DNA from: an uncultured Candidatus Saccharibacteria bacterium
GTDB taxonomy: Bacteria; Patescibacteriota; Saccharimonadia; Saccharimonadales; CAYLGV01
DNA length: 58,080 nucleotides
Assembly: GCA_964394925.1 (NCBI GenBank)
Contig: CAYMZG010000001.1
Span: 261,656 to 319,735 of the forward strand
Reading direction: 5' to 3'
The translations under genes were made by a program, and so were the position numbers. A model generated the notes under the pieces. It was not told the DNA's origin. It worked only from the letters and a program-made list of their open reading frames with translations, and ran no database searches. Of the stretch, positions 37,950-47,049 are shown in pieces (position 1 is the first letter of the stretch; every line of letters starts with the position of its first letter).

Positions 37950-37970
37950 ATGTATTGCTGTTGCAACTGA
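37950..37970 (+). CDS. 6-codon mini-ORF M-Y-C-C-C-N-stop (candidate leader peptide)
   Basis: ATG TAT TGC TGT TGC AAC TGA, 4 nt after GGAGGG (37940-37945). An in-frame ATG at 37938 would give MEGRMYCCCN. Confidence 0.3.
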   Translation: MYCCCN

Positions 37971-38000
37971 AATAAAGCAAACATTAGCACTCATAATTAC

Positions 38001-38009
38001 TGTTATAGT
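38001..38009 (+). promoter_or_regulatory. extended -10-like element TGtTATAGT, 7 nt upstream of the EamA-type gene ATG
   Basis: Sequence TGTTATAGT-TTAACTA-ATG. There is no SD before the ATG at 38017. Confidence 0.4.
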
Positions 38010-38016
38010 TTAACTA

Positions 38017-38886
38017 ATGACTTGGCAACTATTAATAACTGGATACCTTATTCTGGGCACTGCAGCCTATCTATTGCGACGAAAATTGGCTACGACCCTA
38101 AAGCAGCATAACAGGTTGATAAATGGTTTCTTTTTTATTGTTGTTCTCTATCCGCTAGGTCTAATAGTTGCATCTTTCAGTAACCCCAATCTATCAATAG
38201 GATGGCAAAATCTGCTAATTTTGCTTATTGGAAGTGGTGTCTTTCCTCTTATAAACCTACTGGCTTTTCGAGCTAGCAAGGATGTTGACGCAGGACTTTA
38301 TACGATACTGAATAATTTAACCCCAATTATCACAATCTTTGCTGCATCAATACTATTAAACGAAACATTAAACAGCCAGCAGCAACTAGGGGCAATAATT
38401 ATCATAACTTCAACTTTCCTTGCAACATTACCAAGGCTAAGACATCGTTCAACAAGTAGTTCTAGTGGTCTAGTTTTTGCATTGGCGAGCGTTTCTTTGT
38501 TGGGCTTAGCAATTGTGTTTGAACGGTGGATGCTTACTCGTATAGATTTTGGTGCATATCTTGTTTTTGGATGGGGTGCTCAGACTCTGTGGATGACTAT
38601 TACTGCTTGGCCAGAAAGACACAGTATTAAAATATTGAAAGACAGGTCAAATTTTTGGCCAATTTTGGGTTACGGTATTACTAATGCTTTTAAAGGCTTG
38701 TGTTTTGTAGGAGCACTCAAATTGAGTGGTAATGCTTCATTGATAGGTGCATCTGCAAGTTTTATGGCAGTATTGGTAGTATTATCTGCTTACTTCGTTT
38801 TGAAAGAAAAAGAGTGGCTTTGGTTTAAGATTGGTGCGGCTGTACTCGGAACAGTTGGATTAATCATTCTAAACTTAGCAAAATAA
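38017..38886 (+). CDS. DMT-superfamily transporter, EamA-type (10 TM)
   Basis: 289 aa. Two EamA-like five-helix halves. Confidence 0.85.
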   Translation: MTWQLLITGYLILGTAAYLLRRKLATTLKQHNRLINGFFFIVVLYPLGLIVASFSNPNLSIGWQNLLILLIGSGVFPLINLLAFRASKDVDAGLYTILNNLTPIITIFAASILLNETLNSQQQLGAIIIITSTFLATLPRLRHRSTSSSSGLVFALASVSLLGLAIVFERWMLTRIDFGAYLVFGWGAQTLWMTITAWPERHSIKILKDRSNFWPILGYGITNAFKGLCFVGALKLSGNASLIGASASFMAVLVVLSAYFVLKEKEWLWFKIGAAVLGTVGLIILNLAK

Positions 38887-38910
38887 AACAGAGGCTATTA
38901 CCTCTGTTTT
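38885..38910. terminator. bidirectional intrinsic terminator
   Basis: AAAA-CAGAGG-CTATTA-CCTCTG-TTTT, directly after the transporter stop and downstream of the minus-strand tRNA-Lys. Confidence 0.7.
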
Positions 38911-38924
38911 AAGCATAAGCGATA

Positions 38925-39000
38925 TGGAGGGCCCAGCGGGGCTCGAACCCGCGACACGCGGCTTAAAAGGCCGCTGCTCTACCAACTGAGCTATAGGCCC
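38925..39000 (-). tRNA. tRNA-Lys (anticodon UUU), CCA encoded
   Basis: GGGCCTATAGCTCAGTTGG 5' end, anticodon stem GCGGC/GCCGC with loop CTTTTAA, T-loop TTCGAGC. Confidence 0.92.
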
Positions 39001-39104
39001 GGCATTTGATTGTTAATTCGCGTAAGCTGCCGGGAAATTAACTCCTTACATTATCCGTATTTTGTGCAAAAAGTCAATCTGCGGAGCGCTGAACAATACA
39101 TTGC

Positions 39105-39602
39105 CTAGTGATGTTTTTTGCCATGCTTGCCGTGTTCGTCATGGTGGCGTGGTCGCATGATCCACATTACCAATACGTGCAAGCCAGCTACTCCGGCGAT
39201 CACCACATCATGTGCTTGCTTAAGAATGCTACCGAATTGGGTACTGTAGATGGCGTGTTGTGTGCCTGGTGGCAGCAGTGGTACAACGAATTCGGCGAGC
39301 ATCAGGGCGTTGGCAATTAGCAAAATAAGCTGGAAAGGGAGCGCAGCGGGCGACAACGTTTTGCGCATAAGAAACAGCGTAATAACAAGTGGCAGCAGAA
39401 GCAGTGCAAGCTTAATAAACGTGTCTGAGCTGCCTCCGTGTACTATTGAACCAAACGTGAGAGCAGCTGTATCGCCGAGCATGGTAACCAAGAAGTAGCC
39501 CGTGACAATGCTCACAAAGATATACAGCGGCTTTACGCGCAGTACAATAAAAAGTAGCAGCGGCAAGCCAGCAATAAGGCCAAGCAAGACTAGTGGTGGC
39601 AT
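39105..39602 (-). CDS. polytopic membrane protein with His/Lys-rich C-terminal tail
   Basis: 165 aa. 4-5 TMs. Tail RHHDEHGKHGKKHH. TACTAT lies 6 nt upstream of the ATG. Confidence 0.6.
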   Translation of the reverse strand: MPPLVLLGLIAGLPLLLFIVLRVKPLYIFVSIVTGYFLVTMLGDTAALTFGSIVHGGSSDTFIKLALLLLPLVITLFLMRKTLSPAALPFQLILLIANALMLAEFVVPLLPPGTQHAIYSTQFGSILKQAHDVVIAGVAGLHVLVMWIMRPRHHDEHGKHGKKHH

Positions 39603-39651
39603 GTCACCATAGTACCGATAGTGGTGGCAAAATGCTACTGCTTACCACTAA

Positions 39652-40203
39652 CTAGGGCGTCGTAAAGCGATCGCCGAGCTGTAAGCCCAGCTGTTTGACT
39701 GTACCAGCTGGCACCTCTAAAACGTAGCTCGCTGGCGTTTGTGGGCAAAAACTACTGGGGTAGGTTGATTTGCTGGCATTTTCTTGCACATGCACCAGAT
39801 TCTGGTTTTCGTCAAACCAGAGCATATCGATGTCGAAATTCATGTCTTTCATCCAGAAACAATCGTAGCCTGGGCCTGCAAACACAAACAGCATGCCGCT
39901 ATTTGGCGCCAAGCCATCACGGCCAGATAAGCCACGTTCTCGGCTCACTTCGGTACTGGCAATCTCAACATTGAAGGGTGTGCTGCCCCGTTGACTCAGA
40001 AGGATTATTTGCTCAGTTTTGCCATCGCGTCGGAAGATTTGCTTATCACGCTCTGATGCAGCTGACGTGCCCTTAGTTTGAGTAACTGGCTCGGCTTTGT
40101 GAGGATAACGCAGCACCACGAAAGCTAATGCGGCCGTTAATAACATAACTACTAGACCAAGCACGGGGAGTACCCATGCCTTTGATGTAGCTTTTTCTGT
40201 CAT
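39652..40203 (-). CDS. DUF192 (COG1430) family protein with N-terminal anchor
   Basis: GLSGRDGL..GMLFVF...MKDMNFDIDMLWFDE...YVLEVPAG signature. Confidence 0.75.
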   Translation of the reverse strand: MTEKATSKAWVLPVLGLVVMLLTAALAFVVLRYPHKAEPVTQTKGTSAASERDKQIFRRDGKTEQIILLSQRGSTPFNVEIASTEVSRERGLSGRDGLAPNSGMLFVFAGPGYDCFWMKDMNFDIDMLWFDENQNLVHVQENASKSTYPSSFCPQTPASYVLEVPAGTVKQLGLQLGDRFTTP

Positions 40204-40208
40204 GTGTG

Positions 40209-41114
40209 TTAGGCGCCAATGCGGTCGCGCTTGCCACGCTTGCTTTTGGCGTTTTGCTCAATGTATTCAATGATCTTGCCGGCTACGTTGCGACCAGTTA
40301 CCTTTTCGATGGCAAAGCCAGGACTGGCATTTACCTCAAGAACGAGCGGTCCACGATCAGAACGCATCATATCTACACCGCAGATTGGCAGACCCATAGC
40401 CTTGGCAGCGCGTTGGGCAGTTTTCTTCTCTTCATCGGTTAGCTTAACGGCTCTACCTTCACCGCCCTGGTGAATGTTTGAACGAAAGTCATCGTCGAGA
40501 CTTTGGCGCTGCATACTCGCGACTACCTTGCCGTTAACTACAAAGGCACGAATGTCGGTTCCAGCCGATTCCTTAATAAACTCTTGTACTAAGAAGTTAA
40601 CGCCTTCCACGTAGAAGGCCTGCATTACCGCCTCGGCAGCTTTTTTGGTTTCGGCTAACACCACGCCACGACCGTGAGTACCACGCGCAACCTTAATGAT
40701 CACTGGCGTACCGCCGCACTGACCAATAACGTCTTGTGGGTCAGCCGTTTCACGAGCAAATACCGTTTTTGGAATACCTACGCCAGCCTTAGCCATGAGT
40801 TGAACACTGCGCAGTTTATCGCGTGAGCGCACCAAGGCAATCGAGCTAGTGGTAGTAAAGACATTCTGCATTTCAAACTGGCGTACGATAGAAGAGCCGT
40901 ATTTAGTCAGGCTCGAAGCAATGCGGGGAATAATTACATCGATGTTTTTAATCTCTTCACCCTCGTAACGAACCACGGGGTTGTTTTGCTCAAGCGTCAC
41001 ATAACACTGCGCATAGTTAACAATTCTCACGTTGTGACCACGTAAGCGAGCTTCTTCTTTCAGCCGTTTGGTCGAGTAATTACCGGGGCCCTTCGACAAA
41101 ATTACGATATTCAT
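40209..41114 (-). CDS. rimK: RimK-family alpha-L-glutamate ligase (ATP-grasp)
   Basis: MNIVILS...STKRL N-terminus, VIIKVARGTHGRGV, QEFI..GTDIRAFVV, NIHQGG, VLEVNASPG. Confidence 0.9.
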   Translation of the reverse strand: MNIVILSKGPGNYSTKRLKEEARLRGHNVRIVNYAQCYVTLEQNNPVVRYEGEEIKNIDVIIPRIASSLTKYGSSIVRQFEMQNVFTTTSSIALVRSRDKLRSVQLMAKAGVGIPKTVFARETADPQDVIGQCGGTPVIIKVARGTHGRGVVLAETKKAAEAVMQAFYVEGVNFLVQEFIKESAGTDIRAFVVNGKVVASMQRQSLDDDFRSNIHQGGEGRAVKLTDEEKKTAQRAAKAMGLPICGVDMMRSDRGPLVLEVNASPGFAIEKVTGRNVAGKIIEYIEQNAKSKRGKRDRIGA

Positions 41115-41557
41115 AGAAGGCCTCCTTTGCTGCTGGTCTCTTCATCTTCTATCGGGCTACCCTTAGCAACGTCAACCAAGAAACGATTCTTGAGCAAACG
41201 ACGACCAAGTAGAATTGGATAAATCTTTTCGGAACGACTTGCCAACGTAAAGTTTGAACGCACAACTTTCTTAGCAATCTTCACCTTCAGGTAGATGCTG
41301 TAACGCTCTTCTTTGTGACCAAACGAGTTCTCGATCTCAATCTTGGCAAATTCATCGGTCGAAAGCTCTTCACCGTTGTACCATTCCATGTTTGGTGCGA
41401 ACAACTTAAAGTAAAGTACACCGTCTTTCTCGTACACATCACTCGAGGCAATTGATGAACGAAAGGCACCGGTATCAATTTTGGCGGGCACATCAAAAAT
41501 GCCACAATCCGGAAAATCCACCCGCTCAACACGGCCAATAATTACTTGATGAGACAT
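41111..41557 (-). CDS. RimB-type ATP-dependent zinc protease / retropepsin-like (DUF785)
   Basis: IGRVERVDFP...AKIDTGAFRSS...ILLGRRLL..FLVDV. Start taken at the internal ATG at 41557, 1 nt after the upstream stop. ATGA overlap with rimK. Confidence 0.85.
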   Translation of the reverse strand: MSHQVIIGRVERVDFPDCGIFDVPAKIDTGAFRSSIASSDVYEKDGVLYFKLFAPNMEWYNGEELSTDEFAKIEIENSFGHKEERYSIYLKVKIAKKVVRSNFTLASRSEKIYPILLGRRLLKNRFLVDVAKGSPIEDEETSSKGGLL

Positions 41558-41558
41558 G

Positions 41559-42497
41559 CTATTCCTCTTCCTTTTCTTCAAGCAGTTGCTCAAGGTATTG
41601 AGAAAACTCAACGACTTTTTTGTCGACATCAAAACCGGTTGCCAAAGCTGGGGTTGAGTTGACTTCCAGTACGTAGTGCTTGCCATTTTCACTATTCACA
41701 ATCACGTCCACACCAGATATTTCACGATTTAATGTCTTGGCAGCCAGTTGGGCATGCTGACGTATATCGTCTGATAGATCAGCAAACTTCAAATGCGTAC
41801 CTGCCCCGCCCTTAGATGTGTTATTCAGATGGCTTGAGCCGTCGCCCTTCCGCAAGAATACCATTGGCTCACGGTCTAAGCCTACAAATAAAATACGGTA
41901 GTCACCTTCGTTTGGAATAAAGTTCTGGTAAATAAAATGCTTGTCAGGATCACTCAGCAGCACGTTGTCGAGTTCTGCTTCGTTGTGTACCAAATAGTTA
42001 CTGTCGCCGCGTGAACCATCGTTTGCTTTGACAATCATTGGATACTCAATATAGCGGTACAAGAATTGCTTAACATCATTGGTTGCCGGGTAGCCATACA
42101 CTGTGTCGGGTACGGGGATGCCAGCGAATGCCATGCTGAACATCTGACTCAACTTGTTAAAGTGCAGATGATTATTTACCTCTGTGTTGGCAAAAGAAAC
42201 ACCATGATGATCCAGGTAGTTGGCAATTATTGAGGCATCTTCTAGTTCATATTGCCAGTTTTTAAAGTGTACAAAATCATACTCTTCGAGCTTGCGATCA
42301 TTTTTGGCATCAAGTATAACTGGCACGTTCTTACGAATGGCGTAGTGCATGTCACTGTAAGTGGCATAAGAAATACTAAAGTTACTAAGGCGTTTTTCAA
42401 CTGCCTCGGCAAAAGCTTTAACGTACTGTTCACGGTCTTTCCATGAGGCAGTTTTGCCCGAGTCAGAGGTCAGAATTAGAATGTGGTGTGTGTTCAT
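41559..42497 (-). CDS. ATP-grasp ligase, RimK-related
   Basis: MIVKANDGSRGD, QNFIPNEGDYRILFVG, NNTSKGG, VLEVNSTPA. The C-terminus ends EEKEEE. Confidence 0.75.
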   Translation of the reverse strand: MNTHHILILTSDSGKTASWKDREQYVKAFAEAVEKRLSNFSISYATYSDMHYAIRKNVPVILDAKNDRKLEEYDFVHFKNWQYELEDASIIANYLDHHGVSFANTEVNNHLHFNKLSQMFSMAFAGIPVPDTVYGYPATNDVKQFLYRYIEYPMIVKANDGSRGDSNYLVHNEAELDNVLLSDPDKHFIYQNFIPNEGDYRILFVGLDREPMVFLRKGDGSSHLNNTSKGGAGTHLKFADLSDDIRQHAQLAAKTLNREISGVDVIVNSENGKHYVLEVNSTPALATGFDVDKKVVEFSQYLEQLLEEKEEE

Positions 42498-42508
42498 AAT
42501 GTTTCCTT

Positions 42509-43519
42509 TTAGGCCTTACTTGATAGACTGATGAGCTGTTGGGCCAGAAGTTGCCGAGTGTAGTAACCAGTCGCCATTCGTGCACTTGCGCTAAGTGGAT
42601 CTTCGTTGAAGTATCCCTTCTTAACACCTGGCATAGCTGGCTCTTTGGTATTAAAGTCCATAACTTTAAATGTACCGTCGCTCCAAAACATGTCGATGGC
42701 GCCATGTAGATATGGTACGCCCGTGTAATGCGCAACAGCATCTGCTGCTCGTTTTGATACATCATAGGCTTCTTGCGGCACCGTATCTGGGTCAATAATA
42801 ACAAAATAATCATCCATAAGCATTTCGGGGTACTTACTCACTCTCAGAATCGGCACTTGTTTGAGGCTAGAGTCGTCAGTTCGATACGTATACATCCGTA
42901 TTTCCTTTGGTAGCTCCTCCTGGTTCGCCAGGTACTCATAGTATTCGCCGACCCCGTGAACCCCCGTTGGTATACGGCTAGTATCTACGTAGGGCTGAAC
43001 GATCATGCTATCAGCATATGATTTGGCAGCGTCAATTGGTGAGCTAACCACCTCAACACCCTTCGACTGTAGGCCAGAGATAGGCTTAACAATGAAAGCA
43101 TCGCCGTCCATATTCAATAAAAAGCCGCGCAAATCAGTATTTGCCGGTAGAACCTGTGTTGGCAACGTATCCTCGCCCAGAATTTCGGCTACTTTTGCCT
43201 TATTGCCGGTGGCAGCTCGCACCTCTGGCTCGTTGAGCATTGGTACATTCTGAGATGGAAATGTACCAGTAAAATCACGGATTACGTCGACCGATGTCTC
43301 TGAATCTGAAACGCTAAACGTCATATCAGTTTCGTCGGCGGCGAGACGCAATTGTTGGAATGGCGCACCCTCTGTATTTGAATCGTAACCTACGATTGCA
43401 AGCTTGGCGTTCAGATGATGCAGCGTCTCTAAAAGCACGCTAAATTTAGACACCACAGACTCAGCCCGCCCAACGGGATCACGAACACCAAGACCAATAG
43501 TAGTTTCTGGCAATAACAT
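42509..43519 (-). CDS. divergent ATP-grasp-like protein
   Basis: FIVKPISGLQSKGVEVV, MIVQPYVD, EIRMYTY, GAIDMF..FKVMDFNTKEPAMP follow the ATP-grasp motif order. Confidence 0.55.
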   Translation of the reverse strand: MLLPETTIGLGVRDPVGRAESVVSKFSVLLETLHHLNAKLAIVGYDSNTEGAPFQQLRLAADETDMTFSVSDSETSVDVIRDFTGTFPSQNVPMLNEPEVRAATGNKAKVAEILGEDTLPTQVLPANTDLRGFLLNMDGDAFIVKPISGLQSKGVEVVSSPIDAAKSYADSMIVQPYVDTSRIPTGVHGVGEYYEYLANQEELPKEIRMYTYRTDDSSLKQVPILRVSKYPEMLMDDYFVIIDPDTVPQEAYDVSKRAADAVAHYTGVPYLHGAIDMFWSDGTFKVMDFNTKEPAMPGVKKGYFNEDPLSASARMATGYYTRQLLAQQLISLSSKA

Positions 43520-43526
43520 TTGCTAT

Positions 43527-43535
43527 ATTATAGCA
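43527..43535 (-). promoter_or_regulatory. consensus extended -10 promoter (TGcTATAAT) 7 nt upstream of the first ATP-grasp ATG
   Basis: The minus strand reads TGCTATAAT-ATAGCAA-ATG. No SD is present. Confidence 0.5.
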
Positions 43536-43565
43536 TAATTACTAAATCTACGCCAGTAAAATATC

Positions 43566-43682
43566 CTAGTGTGGGTGGGCGTTCTTCACCCGTAGAAATA
43601 CAAAAATGAGCCCAGCAACAAGCAAAAACAAGAAGAAGAGCATCATGGGGATAAAACCGTCTTGTTTGAGACGTTTTTTCAT
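43566..43682 (-). CDS. 38-aa single-TM small protein
   Basis: MKKRLKQDGFIPMMLFFLFLLVAGLIFVFLRVKNAHPH. Internal start of the 83-aa track ORF, which otherwise overlaps dnaJ. Confidence 0.35.
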   Translation of the reverse strand: MKKRLKQDGFIPMMLFFLFLLVAGLIFVFLRVKNAHPH

Positions 43683-43728
43683 ATTGTCTTCATTATTGCC
43701 TAAACGTAAGGGGAAACGCAAGCGCAGG

Positions 43729-44841
43729 TTATTTCCAAAAGCCTTTTTTGCCCTCATTGTTTTTGAACTGTTCCAATAAAGCTTGCTGCTCTTTGGACAG
43801 TTTGGTCGGCGTATCAACTACAAGGGTCACAATATGTGCACCGCGGCCATTTCCACGGAGATGTGTTACCCCGTGGCCAGATAGCTTAAAGTCGGTGCCG
43901 CTCTGGGTGCCGGCGGGAACTTTCATGCGTATTGGACCATCTACGGTGGCCACGTCTAGTTCGGTACCGAGCGCCGCACTAACCATATCAATGTGTTCTT
44001 CGCTGAGAATAAGATCTCCCTCGCGAGTGAATTGTTTGTGCGGTTTAACCCGTACATTCACATATAAGTCACCCTTGGGGCCGTTGGCAATTGCTTCACC
44101 GTGCTCACGCAGACGAATCGTGGCACCATCATCAATGCCAGCTGGGATTTTTAAGCCAATGGTTTGCTTGCTGGCTTTGGTGCCTTTGCCATGGCAAACG
44201 GTGCATTCTTTCTCGGGAATCTTGCCCTTACCCTTACATTTCGGACAGGTTGAGGCCTGTTGAATGTCACCAAAAATAGTGCGCATAACTTGTACCACCT
44301 GCCCCGAGCCATTGCATTGGTCACAAGTCTTTAAATCATGGCCCGGTTCGGCAGTTGTGCCCTTACAGTGCTCACAGGTATCTTCAAGGTTGAGATTAAG
44401 GTCAACTTGCGTGCCAAAGACCGCGTCTTCAAAAGTAATCTCTACAGATGCTTCAACGTCACGCCCTCGGGCTTCACGCTGCCCTCGCTGACGGCCGCCA
44501 CCACCAAAGAAGCTGCCAAAGATATCGCCTAGGCCAAGGTCACCAAAGTCAAAGTTGATATTTTGGCCGTTGAACCCGCCGAAGCCCTCAAACGGATTAC
44601 CGCCTGCGCCACCTCCGGAAGAGCCTCCAACGCCCGCATGACCAAACTGGTCATAGCGTTGTCGTTTGCTGGCGTCTTTTAAAACCTCATAAGCTTCGTT
44701 AACCTCCTTGAACTTCGCTTCGTCACCACCCTCTTTGTCGGGATGGTACTGCACGGCTAATCGACGAAAGGCTTTTTTTATTTCGTCGGGGCTGGCGTCT
44801 TTTTTAACGCCAAGCACTTCGTAGTAATCACGTTTGTTCAT
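43729..44841 (-). CDS. dnaJ: chaperone DnaJ
   Basis: [13 protein letters not shown]-domain, G/F region, four CxxCxGxG repeats. Start at MNKRDYY (44841). Confidence 0.95.
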   Translation of the reverse strand: MNKRDYYEVLGVKKDASPDEIKKAFRRLAVQYHPDKEGGDEAKFKEVNEAYEVLKDASKRQRYDQFGHAGVGGSSGGGAGGNPFEGFGGFNGQNINFDFGDLGLGDIFGSFFGGGGRQRGQREARGRDVEASVEITFEDAVFGTQVDLNLNLEDTCEHCKGTTAEPGHDLKTCDQCNGSGQVVQVMRTIFGDIQQASTCPKCKGKGKIPEKECTVCHGKGTKASKQTIGLKIPAGIDDGATIRLREHGEAIANGPKGDLYVNVRVKPHKQFTREGDLILSEEHIDMVSAALGTELDVATVDGPIRMKVPAGTQSGTDFKLSGHGVTHLRGNGRGAHIVTLVVDTPTKLSKEQQALLEQFKNNEGKKGFWK

Positions 44842-45100
44842 GCAGCATCCTGTCTTCACAAATACCAATAGCAACACCAATTTCACCTTCGCTTAATGCA
44901 TAAACGTGGGCGAGTTTTTGCATGGAGAGCAGATAAACGGCAGTGTCGCCGATATACTCTGTCTCGCCTAACAATGTAAAGCGAGCCAATCTTTCTGTGC
45001 GGAAATCCCTTGCCGCAAGCTCAATAGGATCAAGCTCTGCAAATTCTTTTTGAGCCTGAACTATCTGCTTAAAGCGCACATTAGTTTCCCGCCGATTCAT
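44828..45100 (-). CDS. hypothetical 90-aa protein inserted between dnaK and dnaJ
   Basis: AAAGG lies 6 nt upstream of the ATG. It starts 26 nt after the dnaK stop and overlaps the dnaJ start by 14 nt. Confidence 0.45.
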   Translation of the reverse strand: MNRRETNVRFKQIVQAQKEFAELDPIELAARDFRTERLARFTLLGETEYIGDTAVYLLSMQKLAHVYALSEGEIGVAIGICEDRMLHEQT

Positions 45101-45126
45101 GATGAACCTTTCTGTATGGGTTCGGA

Positions 45127-47046
45127 TTATTTCTTGTCTTCGTCGACAACTTCGCCTTCGACGGTGTCGTCTTTGCTCTTGTCGTCGGCTTTCTCGGCAT
45201 CTTCCGGTTTATCTGCATTCGCCTCAGAGGCGTCAGCCGATTCATACATCTTAGCACCGATTGGCATCAAAACATCGTTCAAAGCCTTGCTTGCTGCCTC
45301 GATGGTTTCTTGGTCAGCCTTCTCGTCTTGTACTACCTTCTTGGCAGCTTCAACGCCTTCGTCGAGTTTCTTCACGTCATCTTCGCTGAGTTTGTCTTTG
45401 TGATCAGACTTCATCTTCTCGGCCTGGTAAACAGCACTATCAAGTTGGTTACGAGCATCGATTGTGGCACGCTTCTTCTTGTCTTCATCGGCATTAGCTT
45501 CAGCTTCTTTAGCCATCTTTTCAACTTCGGTCTTGTCGAGGTTACCAGAGCCGCTAATGGTAATACTCTGCTCTTTGCCGGTTCCCTTGTCTTTGGCAGT
45601 AACGTTCAAGATGCCGTTGGCATCGATGTTAAAGGTAACTTCAATTTGCGGAATACCGCGTGGCGCTGGTGGGATACCATCAAGTACAAAGCGTCCAAGT
45701 GACTTGTTATCGGCAACCATTTCACGCTCACCTTGAACCACGTGAATCTCTACTTGTGGTTGGTTGTCGGCGGCAGTTGAGAAGGTTTCAGACTTGCTGG
45801 TTGGAATAGTAGTGTTACGGTCAATCAATTTGGTTGCTACGCCACCAAGAGTTTCGATGCCCAGGCTCAAAGGTGTTACGTCAAGTAGCAGCACGTCTTT
45901 TACGTCACCCTGGAGTACACCACCCTGAATAGCTGCGCCTACAGCCACCACTTCATCGGGGTTAACACCCTTCATAGGGTCTTTACCAAAGATCTTCTTC
46001 ACCTTTTCTTGTACGGCTGGCATACGGGTCATGCCACCAACCAACACCACGGCGTCAATGTCGCTTGCCTTCAGGCCAGCGTCTTTTAACGCTTTTTCGC
46101 ATGGTGCAGCCGTATTGTCGATGAGGTCACCAACCAAGCTTTCGAGCTTAGCACGCGTGAGTTTGTGCTCGAAGTGCTTAGGGCCATCGGCATCAGCTGT
46201 TAAGAATGGCAGATTTACATCTACTTCGTTAGTGGTAGAAAGCTCAATCTTGGCTTTTTCAGCTTCATCACGCAGGCGTTGCATCGCCGCTTTGTCAGCA
46301 GTGATGTCAATACCGTTTTCTTTCTTGAATTCATCGGCAAAGTAGTTAACCAGTACACGGTCGAAGTCGGCACCACCAAGGTGGGTGTCACCATTGGTAG
46401 ATTTTACTTCAAAAACGCCGTCACCCAGTTCGAGGATAGAAACGTCGAACGTACCACCGCCGAGGTCGTACACGGCAATCTTTTCGTCTTTCTTGTCACC
46501 CTTATCCAAACCGTAAGCCAAAGCGGCGGCAGTTGGTTCGTTAATAATACGCTTTACTTCAAGACCGGCAATCTTACCGGCGTCTTTGGTTGCCTGGCGC
46601 TGTGAGTCATCAAAGTATGCCGGAACCGTAATAACCGCTTCGGTTACCTTGTCGCCTAGGAAGCTTTCGGCATCAGCCTTGAGCTTGCCAAGCACCATGG
46701 CGCTAATTTCTTCTGGGCTATACTCTTTGTCGCCCATCTTTACCTTTACACCTTCGCCAGACTTGACGATTTCGTAGCCCATGAGCTTGAGATCACGTTG
46801 AACTTCTTTGTCTTCCCAACGGCGGCCAATCAGGCGCTTTACTTCATAAATGGTATTAGCCGAGTTAGTCACCTGCTGGCGACGAGCTACCTGGCCAACC
46901 AAACGCTCACCGTTCTTGTTGACGGCTACGACGGATGGCGTAGTGCGCTGACCTTCACTATTAGCAATAATCTCCGGCTTACCAGCCTGCATAACGGCCA
47001 TAGCCGAGTTTGTTGTTCCTAAGTCGATTCCGATAATTTTTCCCAT
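45127..47046 (-). CDS. dnaK: chaperone DnaK (Hsp70)
   Basis: [17 protein letters not shown] and the EEVD-like acidic tail. AAGGAGA RBS. Confidence 0.98.
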   Translation of the reverse strand: MGKIIGIDLGTTNSAMAVMQAGKPEIIANSEGQRTTPSVVAVNKNGERLVGQVARRQQVTNSANTIYEVKRLIGRRWEDKEVQRDLKLMGYEIVKSGEGVKVKMGDKEYSPEEISAMVLGKLKADAESFLGDKVTEAVITVPAYFDDSQRQATKDAGKIAGLEVKRIINEPTAAALAYGLDKGDKKDEKIAVYDLGGGTFDVSILELGDGVFEVKSTNGDTHLGGADFDRVLVNYFADEFKKENGIDITADKAAMQRLRDEAEKAKIELSTTNEVDVNLPFLTADADGPKHFEHKLTRAKLESLVGDLIDNTAAPCEKALKDAGLKASDIDAVVLVGGMTRMPAVQEKVKKIFGKDPMKGVNPDEVVAVGAAIQGGVLQGDVKDVLLLDVTPLSLGIETLGGVATKLIDRNTTIPTSKSETFSTAADNQPQVEIHVVQGEREMVADNKSLGRFVLDGIPPAPRGIPQIEVTFNIDANGILNVTAKDKGTGKEQSITISGSGNLDKTEVEKMAKEAEANADEDKKKRATIDARNQLDSAVYQAEKMKSDHKDKLSEDDVKKLDEGVEAAKKVVQDEKADQETIEAASKALNDVLMPIGAKMYESADASEANADKPEDAEKADDKSKDDTVEGEVVDEDKK

Positions 47047-47049
47047 AAT

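Noticed and set aside
37745-37950. Tested whether the structured gap encodes tmRNA, RNase P RNA, SRP RNA, 6S RNA or a known riboswitch (TPP, ZTP, guanidine, Mn, fluoride).
   Set aside because: No tRNA-like T-arm or CCA end, no GGAAAGUCC-type RNase P core, no SRP domain IV motif, and none of the riboswitch consensus cores could be found by eye. It stays unassigned rather than called.
37984-37992. TTAGCACTC, a CIRCE half-site, just upstream of the EamA-type gene.
   Set aside because: There is no GAGTGCTAA partner 9 nt downstream, so it is not a CIRCE operator. Probably a chance match.
37903-38013. 36-codon ORF (MKKADTLVGLFSWRDVCIAVATEIKQTLALIITVIV) ending 3 nt before the transporter ATG.
   Set aside because: Its ATG is embedded in the CCCTCC arm of the hairpin with no SD or -10 box at leaderless distance. 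Mentioned only as an alternative in the finding, not called as a gene.
41558-41692. N-terminal 45-aa extension of the RimB-like ORF. Similar track extensions exist for ymdB (12830-12904), the pilin (20647-20724), dnaJ (44842-44886), the ATPase (4080-4139) and the Cys-rich gene (7503-7556).
   Set aside because: The extensions overlap upstream genes or lack family-typical N-termini. Internal ATGs give canonical N-termini and have an SD or -10 box at the right distance.
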